Shown piece by piece: positions 36,601 to 47,597 of a DNA stretch of 64,000 nucleotides (position 1 is its first letter; each line of letters starts with the position of its first letter). Both the position numbers and the translations under genes were made by a program. A model generated the notes under the pieces. It was not told the origin of the DNA. It searched no databases and was given only the letters and a program-made list of their open reading frames with translations. The stretch is from Macrostomum hystrix. Its lineage: Eukaryota; Animalia; Platyhelminthes. Location of the stretch: assembly GCA_950097015.1 (NCBI GenBank), contig CATNEN010000039.1:17360001-17424000 (forward strand), given 5' to 3'.

Positions 36601-38210
36601 TTCGCACTGCGCTTCAGTGCGGCCTTGCCAGGCCTTCAAAACTTATCAACATGTCACCCGAGTGTGCCTGCATCATCTCCGTCTTCGGTAGTCACCTATC
36701 TCTATCTAGACGGATTTGCTGGACACTATAGACACATTAACATTAATTTCTCGAATGTCATTTATCAAGCATAAATATAAGGCGCAGCTCAACCACAGGG
36801 CACCAGTTTTAGCAATCGGGCGCTGTCAAAATAATTTTCAGGGGAGAGAAATCCCCCCATGCCATAAAATGTGCGGCGAAATGGCGTGGTAGTCCTACTG
36901 TTGATGCCGTGTCCGCAGAGTCGATTTGAAGTCATTCTCCAATTGTCTAAACTACGAGTAATTCGTGTAAGAAAACAAATCAATCGTTTTTCCTGCGCAG
37001 ATCAAACTCACCAATGAGCAAGCGCGAGACTCATCTAGCGCAGCCTGAGCAGCAGCAGCAGCAGCCGCAGCAACCAGACGAGCAGCAGTTTCCAGTGGCG
37101 AACTTCCTCTCTGTGCAGGACATTCGCCAGCGAGTGCAGCGACCGCCGCGAACTCTGGCGGCACATCTCACCCCGCCACAGCGCCACGTGCAGCTGAGCA
37201 GTGCCAGCCTCACAAACGTCAGCCGGCCGGTCCACTTTGTCCGCTCCATCACCAGCCTGGCCTCGGTGTCAACCGCAGCCGTCGGAGCGGTAAAAGCGTC
37301 GACTTTGGCTTCGCCGCAAAAGACGTCGTGGAGGGAGGAGCTGCGAACATTGTGCGGTGCAGATCTGCTGGCCCAGCCGGCCTTCATGCTGTTCCTGCTG
37401 TCCAACCTGCTGTGCAGCATCGGGTTCAACGCGCCGTACATCTATACTCCGGATCGAGCTCAGCGAGCCGGTCACGGGGCCACCAGGAGCGCCCTGCTGG
37501 TGTCCGTGATCGGCGGCGCCAACACCGCAGGTCGACTGGCCTTCGGCTGGCTATCAGACCGGGCCAACAGCTCCGGCCGCCTCCGGCTCTACTGGGTGAC
37601 ACTGGCCGTGTCAGGGGCGGCCGTGGCGGCCACGTGCCTGTCTGAGAGCTACGCATTCAACGCCATTTGCTGTGCCGCGTTTGGATTGTTCTCCGGTGAG
37701 ACTACAGTTGGGATTGGGGCTCACTCACTCACTCACTCACTCACTCACTCACTCACTCACTCACTCACTCACTCACTCACTCACTCACTCACTCACTCAC
37801 TCACTCAACCTCGCAGGCTCCTTCGTGACACTGACCTCGCCGGTTCTAGTCGACCTGGTGGGCATCGACAAGCTGAGCGACTCCTTCGGCCTGACGCTGC
37901 TGTTTCAGGGGGTCGGCGTGCTGGCAGGACCTCCGTTAGCGGGTGCGTGCTTGGAGAATTTCATGATTTTATTCATTGACATTGATTGACGCCCCAAAAA
38001 TGGCCAGCCTTTATCCCGTCAGTTACTAAAACTCCAGGCACTCTAAAATGAAACTCTCGCTCAGGCCTCCTGTACGACTGGACCGGATCCTTCGATGTCC
38101 CATTCCTCGTGTGCGGCAGCAGCTTGATAGCTAGCGGCTTGGCCATGGTGCCTGTGCACTGGCTGCTGGGACCAGCAGAACAGCTGGACCACATCACCCA
38201 GGAGCTGTAA
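33670..38210 (+). CDS. Monocarboxylate transporter-like MFS protein (SLC16/MCT family); exons 33670-33997, 34990-35097, 35557-35899, 37001-37695, 37817-37942, 38065-38210
   Basis: Family motif DGGWGWVV at the N-terminus; YLPAIICVGIYFDKYRSTAIGIAVCGSGVG; YTWRGTMLIL...LFRPL; long Q-rich central loop; second half ...NTAGRLAFGWLSD..., LVDLVGIDKLSDSFG, GPPLAGLLYDWTGSF. Phases are consistent at all five GT-AG introns. The exact start is less certain because there is an in-frame TGA at 33655. Confidence 0.92.
34158..34632 (+). repeat. ~25-28-bp repeat built on the palindrome GAATGTACATTC (MCT intron 1)
   Basis: About 16 copies of TCT(G/A)AATGTACATTCGTT(C/T)CCTG; a degenerate relative occurs at 63230-63392. 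Confidence 0.9.
35124..35525 (+). repeat. 53-bp repeat shortening to ~45 bp (MCT intron 2)
   Basis: ATCTCTCACCCTAGTATGTACGCTCGTACATTCCCCAGCCAACCCTCCCCGCA x4, then shorter copies. Confidence 0.9.
36268..36900 (+). mobile_element. Older copy of the TTAA-flanked non-autonomous DNA element (MCT intron 3)
   Basis: Collinear similarity to 58970-59558 (GCTGCACCCGAACGG...GCAAGCACACGAAACTCAAGAAC...GGCCTTGCCAGGCCTTCAAAA...TGGTAGTCCTACTG); the left end is degenerate. Confidence 0.75.
37719..37807 (+). repeat. (TCAC)n microsatellite in MCT intron 4
   Basis: About 21 perfect tetramers. Confidence 0.97.
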
Positions 38211-38292
38211 GCCGCTGCTGCCGCTGCTGCTGCCACTGCTGCCGCTGCTGCTGCCACTGCTGCCGCTGCTGCTGCCGCTGCTGCTGATGCTG
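38211..38292 (+). repeat. (GCT/GCC)n trinucleotide repeat immediately after the MCT stop codon
   Basis: About 27 GCN-type triplets. Confidence 0.9.
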
Positions 38293-38329
38293 CGTCGTCA
38301 TAACGAAGGCATCGCAATGAACTGTCGTG

Positions 38330-39090
38330 AAAACACCGGTTGGGGTAGTGTCACAAACACCGGTTGGGATAGTGTCACAAACACCGGTTGGGATAGTGTC
38401 CCAAACACCGGTTGGGATGTGTCACAAACACCGGTTGGGGTAGTGTCACAAACACCGGTTGGGGTAGTGTCACAAACACCGGTTGGGGTAGTGTCACAAA
38501 CACCGGTTGGGATAGTGTCACAAACACCGGTTGGGATAGTGTCACAAACACCGGTTGGGATAGTGTCCCAAACACCGGTTGGGATGTGTCACAAACACCG
38601 GTTGGGGTAGTGTCACAAACACCGGTTGGGGTAGTGTCACAAACACCGGTTGGGGCAGTGTCACAAACACCGGTTGGGGTAGTGTCACAAACACCGGTTG
38701 GGATAGTGTCACAAACACCGGTTGGGGTAGTGTCACAAACACCGGTTGGGGTAGTGTCACAAACACCGGTTGGGATAGTGTCCCAAACACCGGTTGGGAT
38801 AGTGTCACAAACACCGGTTGGGGCAGTGTCACAAACACCGGTTGGGGCAGTGTCACAAACACCGGTTGGGATAATGTCACAAACACCGGTTGGGATAGTG
38901 TCCCAAACACCGGTTGGGGTAGTGTCACAAACACCGGTTGGGGCAGTGTCACAAACACCGGTTGGGGTAGTGTCACAAACACCGGTTGGGATAGTGTCCC
39001 AAACACCGGTTGGGATAGTGTCACAAACACCGGTTGGGGCAGTGTCACAAACACCGGTTGGGATAATGTCACAAACACCAGTTGGGAAGT
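38330..39090 (+). repeat. 24-bp minisatellite (AAACACCGGTTGGGGTAGTGTCAC)n
   Basis: About 31 copies; sub-blocks repeat at 167 and 192 bp. Confidence 0.96.
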
Positions 39091-40613
39091 GCATTCATTA
39101 ACGCTCAACTTTTGTTTACAAGAATAAACATCAAAATGTACTTTTTAGTATTTTCAAAATAAAAATAGCTTTATAAGTTATAAGTGTTAGCCCACGTTAG
39201 GCACCGAATCTCCGACCTGCCTACCTCTGATCATGACCTTCACTGTCATTCGCTTGTCATAACCTCTAGTGCCAGTTGTAATGGCAAATCAAACCAGTAA
39301 AGATGTTCTCAAAATGTTCTGTGCAGCCTCATCTGTAGTGTATGAGACTGAAATAAATGATACATTTCGAAAATGAAAATAAAACAAAAGATGAAATATT
39401 TCAGATTGCCGAATGAGCAAAAAATACAATACAAACATTTGTAACTCGGTTTTATGGTATTGAAGTGTGCTAGATTTTGTTATTGGATAATTTGAACATA
39501 CTTTTTAACAATGCTACACTATTGAGTTAATCCTTAACAGAATGTCACGGGGATGTTTCAAATATCCACTGCCTACTTCACGATAGCCCCTAAACCGAAT
39601 GACTGCTCTCAACTAGAGTAACTGTCCTCACTCTGGGATCTCTGGGACCTTGTCTAAGATCCTGGTGACAAGGATAACTTACATCACTAGCATAAACCTC
39701 TATGACGAATCCTTATTTGTTTGTAGTGCCTGTGTTTCTCAGGTCGGCTGCTCGCCAAGGCTGTTGTGTTCGAGGCCGGTTTGTTTGGCTCGGCCTTGGC
39801 CTCGCCCTTTCTCTCCCTCCTCCCCCGGCCCTGCTCAGGGTGCCCTGTGCCGCCATCTGATTGGCTGGGCGCGGGCATTGTCTGTCAACCCTTACCCTCA
39901 GCCCTGCGTGGCTTTCCCCTCCCGCCAATCAGCTCTGCCCGTCCACCCGGCCAGCGCGTACAAGCCTACCCCTCCCTGCGCGCTGGTGGCTTGACTCTGT
40001 CTGTGCACCGCCTCCCCTGTCTGCCCCCCTAGCTGTCAATATCTGCCCGTGCCGGGGCAACCGCGCTCGCTCCGGCGAACTTTAAGATTCCACCGGTTCT
40101 GTAGGCCGGGTATCACAAACCGACGACAGTCACTACGTGTTCAATAATAAAATAATTAACAGCATAATCAGTACAATATATAATCTTCTATAATAGCCGA
40201 CATGCTTACCAAATAAGATATTTTAAGCTGAAAATTGGTGCCACCAGACACCAGACACCCCGACAAGATATGTCGTAGTATGTCTACTATTGAACGAGAA
40301 ATCAGCATGATTGCATGTGAATCTTTTACATGGGAGCAGAATGGATGAATATATTGCGATTCTAACTTTCTTCGTTTCTTCCTTTATTGGAAAACCATAT
40401 TTCAAATTCGTAAGACCAAAGCCTACTGGACAATTGTCGGGGTCAAGCCAGGATCAGCCGTTTTTTGTGAATTTAATCCGGCCTATCGAGTTGTCAAAAA
40501 CGGTTATTGTAAAAAAGATCATGTTTACTTCCGTTCGGAGAAGAATTTTTTTGTCCAGCCACGAGTGTTCGATTTCTCTTGGCTACTTTAGCTGATCCTC
40601 ACAGTCAGTTTTC

Positions 40614-40748
40614 TATTGGATGCTAAAAGTGTTGACCAATCAGAATCTGACGGTGGTTCAATGTGCCGGTCGATACGGCATTTGATGCGTTAAATTCTGC
40701 TGCAGTACTCGCGCACTCAAGAACATGACATGTGAAAGCTACTATAAA
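40614..40748 (+). promoter_or_regulatory. Candidate core promoter (CCAAT boxes plus TATAAA)
   Basis: ATTGG at ~40615, CCAAT at ~40636 and TATAAA at 40743-40748, just upstream of ATGs at 40777 and 40798. Confidence 0.45.
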
Positions 40749-40776
40749 GTGCAGCTTGACCGGCACACTCCACGGC

Positions 40777-41241
40777 ATGAAGCGCCTGGCACACTCCATG
40801 ATGCTCCTACTGCTCTGCGTCACCCTCTACGGCGTGAAAACAACTGAACTAGCTCAGCTAGAGGCTCAGGTGTTTCGCAAATGCAGATTCGTAAGAAGTT
40901 CATAATTACAGCCTCGTTCATATTTTAATGGGTACGCTTTGTGCATTCAGACTTCTCAATTCACACAGACCAACTCAGGCCAGAACAAAGCTGGCTCACT
41001 AAAAACTGAAAATGTTCAGCAAAAAACCGTTGCTTCGATCGTTGTCGACAATGCGAAAGCTGACTCGCAGACCCCGACAACGTCCGATGCATTTCCGAAG
41101 CTGGCCATACTGCCTCTGGTAGCATTGGTGCTGGTACTTATTGGAATTTACCTGCTCTACAGGATACACAATCGCCATGGACAGGATCAGCAAATTGCTG
41201 CCACAGAAACTGAATTAGAAACAATACTATTTGAACCTTAA
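40777..41241 (+). CDS. Small predicted type-I membrane protein of unknown family (~134 aa); exons 40777-40890, 40951-41241
   Basis: Exon 1 is MKRLAHSMMLLLLCVTLYGVKT... (signal-peptide-like). A 60-nt GTAAG..CAG phase-0 intron joins it in frame to an S/T/Q-rich stalk, the TM segment LAILPLVALVLVLIGIYLLY, a basic stop-transfer RIHNRH and a short tail. Confidence 0.6.
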
Positions 41242-42210
41242 GCCTGATAGTTGAAAAATATTCCGAAGTATCAAGTCAAACGCTTGAATTTGAATCAGTT
41301 TTATTATAGCAGAAATGTTATTCGAATTTTACAGCCTAAAGATTTCCCCCAAAATAGTGCATTTGCAATCCTGGAATACTAAAACTAATGGACCAGTGTT
41401 GTTCTCAGCTATGTAGCAAAGCCAATCTTGCGAAAATGCATTGCATGCTGTTGTTTTAAGGAATAGTTCGGCAAAAATGATATGTTTCGCAACAGCTGCT
41501 TGAAAATGCAAGAATATATCACTGCAGGTATACGCTATAGTGTGCATGACTTGGCACTTCGTGCGAAGAATATAACCTTGAAGTTATTATGAAGCCATGG
41601 GCTCGCAAAGTATATGATAGTTTTCTACACTGTGGCAATAATATAGCTACAGACTGCTACACCTATGTCACTGTTGAAAAAACACACTATCAGAAAACGT
41701 GCAATCAGCTCTCTTACTGCATAATCTCTCCTGTGTCTCATCTCTTACCTCTGTTCAGTCAGGAATTAGCTAAATCAGTGAAGAATGTGGAAAAACAGAG
41801 GTGCAGAGCCAATGGAAACCGTATTTTAGATATTTTAGAATGCTGAGTTAGTTTTGAAATCGTCATTTCAGTACTAGAGTACGACGAGTTAAGGATAATA
41901 ATAATAATTGACACTAGACCCAAGGGCCAGTGCAGGTGCTGTGTGTCAAGCACACTAGCAGGTGGGGACTGCACACTTATTGTACTCCCCGGCTCTCTCG
42001 GACACCGGTTGACAGTCGCGTGTCAGCAATGGAATTTATTTTTCCAAACATATCGGCAGCATCCAAACCCCACAGAATTGCCGCACAGAACTGCTTTATT
42101 CCACGCCAGCCGGAATTATTATTACCCGACGAAATGTCGGTACTCATTTGCAGCTGAGTAGACTGTGTGCACATCAGGGCAAAGCAGCTTGCCAAAGGCT
42201 GCACGAATTA

Positions 42211-42288
42211 GTTCTAGACTAGGTCGGGAGTCGAACCCAGGACCATCTGATCCAGAGTCCGACACCTTACTGACTGAGCTATCCGCCC
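42211..42288 (-). pseudogene. tRNA-derived sequence (pseudo-tRNA or SINE head)
   Basis: Minus strand reads GGCGGATAGCTCAGTCAGTAAGGTGTCGGACTCTGGATCAGATGGTCCTGGGTTCGACTCCCG. It has A and B boxes and a T arm, but the acceptor stem does not pair. Confidence 0.55.
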
Positions 42289-42945
42289 TTGAGAGGTAAG
42301 GATACTGAGATAAAATGGAAGATTTCTAACCTTATATACGAGCGTACATCCGGTCTATTCTAAATCTGGATGTCTTTATAGTGCATCCGAAAGTAAATTC
42401 CTGTGATGCGCCGCCTCTAAAAGAACGTTTACACCTGACTGTACAAGGAAAGGATTCAGTTTCAGTGACCGTAACTGTTTTAATGATCCATGTTTGTCTC
42501 ATGAATCCATCGAGTCTTGCATTATCAAATAGAAACTATACATACAGGCAGGTATATGCTTTAACATTAACACCCAAGAATTGTAAGGTGCACGTACCTT
42601 TAGCAGCTGTTGATGAAGGTAATTAGCAGCCAAAATTATACAATTAGCTTCTCAGTAATGAAGCTGTGTTATCAAAGTGGCAAAATTCAATCACAGTTCG
42701 GACACGGATCGCTATTAATAATTAATATAATTGGCTGTTTCAGCGAGGCCGGATGTCATTGGAAAAGGCAAAATAAGACGAAAATAAAACAAGAAAAGCT
42801 GTGGAGAATATCAGTGGAGCTATCTAGACTATAAGTAGCAGATGAAGCTTAATGCGTCTAGCTTAAACCTCCCTCTACCCATGGTGATTACACACAGGGA
42901 CTCGATCTTGAATTTTTAACGTCAATCACACAGTTTTGCTCGCAT

Positions 42946-44082
42946 GCGGCGAGGCAATATTACTTTTGGTCGCAGTCGCGGAGAGAAGGCTTGGGGGCTT
43001 GTCGTGCAATTTCCGCCGTTGAGGGCCAACCTCCAAGGCACAGTGAAAGTGTACACTGCCTGACAATGAGATTCAGGGCAGATGTACACACCTGTGTGAG
43101 CGTGTGCCTGCGTACAGTAGCAAGGACCACTGTAGTATAACAGGACGCGAAACTCAAAGATCGTGTAAATTTTTAGAAGGCCGATTTCCTGGAAAAAAAA
43201 TACACTGCGGAGATAGGAAAACGTCATTTTTCAGCACATAATCAACTATTGCTTTTGATCTGGAGCAAGTACAAATCCGTTTATCTTGGTACAGCATGCC
43301 CAACATTAAGCTCCATTGTTTTTATATAGCTTTGTTTATAAAAGTCTTATTTTCACATATATATATTACATAATAGTGTCTTGAATCTATACAGACTATA
43401 GACTAGCACATTCTTAATTTCGCCTAAGTTGTTTGAATTAACAAATTAGCTACATATTTTGGCAAAACTAACAGCCAAAAAATGTAATTACTACAACAGT
43501 AGCAACTATATAGCTATAAAGGTACAACAAATTTCAAAATGATTTTAATGCAACCACGTAAGTTAATTAATTTTTTTGCTGTTAGTTTTGCCAAAATATG
43601 TAGCTAATTTGTTAATTCAAACAATTTAGGCGAAATTAAGAATATTTAGCTATCATATTTTGAGCCATTAAATGTGCTAGTCTATAGTCTATATAGATTC
43701 AAGACACTATTATGTAATATATATATGTGAAAATAAGACTTTTATAAACAAAGCTATATAAAAACAATGGAGCTTAATGTTGGGCATGCTGTACCAAGAT
43801 AAACGGATTTGTACTTGCTCCAGATCAAAAGCAATAGTTGATTATGTGCTGAAAAAATGACGTTTTCCTATCTCCGCAGTGTATTTTTTTCCAGGAAATC
43901 GGCCTTCTAAAAATTTACACGATCTTTGAGTTTCGCGTCCTGTTATACTACAGTGGTCCTTGTACAGTAGCTGTGTGCGTGTGTGTGTGCTCATGAGTCA
44001 TGGAAATGGGTGGAATTGCCTCCTCGCTGGCTGCAGGTCTAGTGCCACCAAATGATGTGCCATTGCACGTAGCCCTACTGCA
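42946..44082 (+). mobile_element. SINE family A copy split by a foldback DNA element (42946-43120 and 43971-44082)
   Basis: Removing 43121-43970 restores the family A sequence GTGTGCCTGCGTACAGTA(G)CTGTGTGCGTGTGTG. Confidence 0.8.
43121..43962. mobile_element. 842-bp foldback non-autonomous DNA transposon with P-superfamily-like ends
   Basis: Termini CAAGGACCACTGTAGTATAACAGG.../...CCTGTTATACTACAGTGGTCCTTG; arms are inverted over ~370 bp; exact 8-bp TSD TACAGTAG at 43113-43120 and 43963-43970. Confidence 0.88.
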
Positions 44083-44823
44083 GGATGTACATACCCTGTG
44101 TGATAGGGGCAGCTGTGTGTGCTTGTGTTGAGTCAGCGGAATGGACAGAGTGAACCGAATGTACAGCCGTTCTGCTAAGAAATGAAGAATAATTGTATAA
44201 ACCATGTATTGTGTTTGTATTGAGTAATGTTTTGAACATCCGGGTAGACACAACACCTCTATAAAATAATGATAGAAGCCGTATTGGATAGCAATATAGA
44301 CTTAAAAGTGATGATAGTTAACGAAAAATTACTTGCAACAACATTCGTTTTTATTGCTTCGGATTATAATTAAACTTAACATATAAAAAATGCTGAAATA
44401 AAGGTCCATTATCAATCGTCCAATATGATTGCTTCATAATTGGTGGATGCAAAGATGTGTCCTTATAATAAACAGAAGAAATTGAGGTTCTAAATTTGTG
44501 AATTTTTCTATAATTTAATTAGAAGATTGAAACGTTTTTAGTTAAAGTGAAGAATTATTAAATTGTAAGAAAGTTATTTATCGAGAAATAATAAAACAAT
44601 ATCATAAATATGTTCTTTGGATAGTAACTTTGAATGTAGAAGAAATGTGAATCTTAAAAATTTTTGTTGGGAAAAAGTAATAGGATTTTAATTGACAAAG
44701 ATAACAGCTTTGCTTTTCTTAGATAAAGAAAACTACTCAGAGTAATATAATATGCATAATTCAGATTAAAAAACGGTGTGCTAAGCGATAGTAAAACACA
44801 ATTTGTGACTCGCGCGCCGTTCA

Positions 44824-45141
44824 TCATTTGTTGGCTTCAACCAGCTTTACCAGACCGTCATAGTCGGCGCCAAGCAGCTTGCCAACCTGAGCTTTGCCCT
44901 TGAATAGCAGGAAGGTCGGCATGGCTTCGATGCCCTGGCTGCTAGCTGTCTCCTCGTTCTCATCAACGTCAATTTTGGCGAACACGGCATCCGGTGTGTC
45001 CTTGGACAGCTGCTCGAATTTGGGCGCAATCATGCGACATGGCGGGCACCAGGTGGCGGTGAAATCGATTACAACCAGCTTGTCACCGGCCTCAGCCAAT
45101 AGGGAGTCAAACTCGGCTTTAGTAGCAAGGACGCGAACCAT
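44824..45141 (-). CDS. TXN: Thioredoxin (105 aa, WCPPC active site)
   Basis: LVVIDFTATWCPPCRMIAPKF...FAKIDVDE...IEAMPTFLLFK gives a full single-domain thioredoxin fold; the CDS is intronless. Confidence 0.93.
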   Translation of the reverse strand: MVRVLATKAEFDSLLAEAGDKLVVIDFTATWCPPCRMIAPKFEQLSKDTPDAVFAKIDVDENEETASSQGIEAMPTFLLFKGKAQVGKLLGADYDGLVKLVEANK

Positions 45142-45255
45142 TTTGCTTGAAAATTCACCGGAAATCTTTTAGGTAAATAGAGAAAGATTTCTGAAATGGT
45201 GATTATAGATTAAATAAGTAATTGGTAAGTCATTGCAAACATAGACTATTCAAAA

Positions 45256-47137
45256 TAGGGATAGTTCCGACATGGGGATCAGGTAGGTTTCGGATAGTTT
45301 CGACATGGGGATCTGGTAGGTTTGAGATGGCTTCCACATGAGGATCTGGTAGGTTTGAGATGGCTTCGACATGGGATCTGTAGGTTTGGGATGGCTTCGA
45401 CATTGGGATCTGGTAGGTTTGGGATGGCTTCGACATGAGGATCTGGTAGGTTTGAGATGGCTTCGACATGGGATCTGGTAGGTTTGGGATGGCTTCGACA
45501 TGAGGATCTGGTAGGTTTGAGATGGCTTCGACATGGGATCTGTAGGTTTGAGATGGCTTCGACATGGGATCTGTAGGTTTGAGATGGCTTCGACATGGGA
45601 TCTGGTAGGTTTGAGATGGCTTCGACATGGGATCTGTAGGTTTGGGATGGCTTCGACATTGGGATCTGGTAGGTTTAAGATGGCTTCGACATTGGGATCT
45701 GGTAGGTTTGGGATGGCTTCGACATTGGGATCTGGTAGGTTTAAGATGGCTTCGACATTGGGATCTGGTAGGTTTGAGATGGCTTCGACATGGGATCTGT
45801 AGGTTTGGGATGGCTTCGACATGGGATCTGTAGGTTTGGGATGGCTTCGACATTGGGATCTGGTAGGTTTGGGATGGCTTCGACATGAGGATCTGGTAGG
45901 TTTGAGATGGCTTCGACATGGGATCTGTAGGTTTGAGATGGCTTCGACATGGGATCTGTAGGTTTGAGATGGCTTCGACATGGGATCTGGTAGGTTTGAG
46001 ATGGCTTCGACATGGGATCTGTAGGTTTGAGATGGCTTCGACATGAGGATCTGGTAGGTTTGAGATGGCTTCGACATGGGATCTGTAGGTTTGGGATGGC
46101 TTCGACATTGGGATCTGGTAGGTTTGAGATGGCTTCGACATGGGATCTGTAGGTTTGGGATGGCTTCGACATTGGGATCTGGTAGGTTTGAGATGGCTTC
46201 GACATTGGGATCTGTAGGTTTGGGATGGCTTCGACATTGGGATCTGGTAGGTTTGAGATGGCTTCGACATTGGGATCTGTAGGTTTGAGATGGCTTCGAC
46301 ATGAGGATCTGGTAGGTTTAAGATGGCTTCGACATTGGGATCTGGTAGGTTTGAGATGGCTTCGACATTGGGATCTGTAGGTTTGAGATGGCTTCGACAT
46401 GAGGATCTGGTAGGTTTGAGATGGCTTCGACATGGGATCTGTAGGTTTGAGATGGCTTCGACATGAGGATCTGGTAGGTTTGAGATGGCTTCGACATGGG
46501 ATCTGTAGGTTTGGGATAGCTTCGACATGGGATCTGTAGGTTTGGGATGGCTTCGACATAGGGATCTGGTAGGTTTGGGATAGTTTCGACATGGGGATCT
46601 GGTAGGTTTGGGATAGTTTCGACATGGGGATCTGGTAGGTTTGGATAGTTTCGACATGGGGATCTGTAGGTTTGGATAGTTTCGACATGGGGATCTGTAG
46701 GTTTGGATAGTTTCGACATGGGGATCAGGTAGGTTTGGGATGGTTTCGACATGGGGATCAGGTAGGTTTGGGATAGTTTCGACATGGGGATCTGGTAGGT
46801 TTGGATAGTTTCGACATGGGGATCTGTAGGTTTGGATAGTTTCGACATGGGGATCTGTAGGTTTGGATAGTTTCGACATGGGGATCTGTAGGTTTGGATA
46901 GTTTCGACATGGGGATCTGTAGGTTTGGATAGTTTCGACATGGGGATCAGGTAGGTTTAGGATAGTTTCGACATGGGGATCAGGTAGGTTTGGGATGGCT
47001 TCGACATGGGGATCAGGTAGGTTTGGGATAGTTTCGACATGGGGATCAGGTAGGTTTGGGATGGTTTCGACATGGGGATCTGTAGGTTTGGGATGGTTTC
47101 GACATGGGGATCTGGAGGTTTGGGATAGTTTCGACAC
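45256..47137 (+). repeat. 31-33-bp minisatellite (GACATGGGATCTGGTAGGTTTGAGATGGCTTC)n between TXN and HSBP1
   Basis: About 58 copies in two sub-variants (ATGGCTTC in the centre, ATAGTTTC at the edges). Confidence 0.96.
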
Positions 47138-47597
47138 GAGGTGCTGGGGTTTAGATATGAAAAATATACTAAGCAATCATTGTAGAAGCATATAATAAAT
47201 TATAGAAAAATCACCATTTTAAATCGAAGAAAGTTATATGCGAATAAATAAACAAATCAACTGACGAGGGTTAGACGAAAATCAACAGCTGGATCACAAT
47301 TTATATTGCACAATTGCCATAACATTATCTTTTTATTGCTGCATAATAAATAAACTGAAAAGGGATATAAAACGAAACTTTTGAAAATCGATGTAGCATA
47401 AGAAACTATCGACTAGAGTATATACATCTTATATTATGATACAGAGATTAGAATGGTAGCTAAGTGATCTTATCGTATATATTAAAAGAAAAGATTGCTG
47501 AAAAACACTACATAGTACTCATATCATTATTAGTAAAAAAGTAGCTTTTATAAATAAATGAACTGTTTTATTGCATTGTGACAGTCAACAAAGTTAG

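Noticed and set aside
42211-42288. Functional tRNA-Gln(CTG)-like gene
   Set aside because: The acceptor stem is unpaired and the anticodon stem has a mismatch; it is treated as a tRNA-derived relic.
44097-44255. Short TG...CA segment as a solo LTR
   Set aside because: Only a 3/4 flank match and no second copy in the window.
38287-47195. Repeat ORFs at 38.3-39.1 kb and 45.2-47.2 kb
   Set aside because: They are minisatellite translations on both strands with frame-breaking unit lengths.
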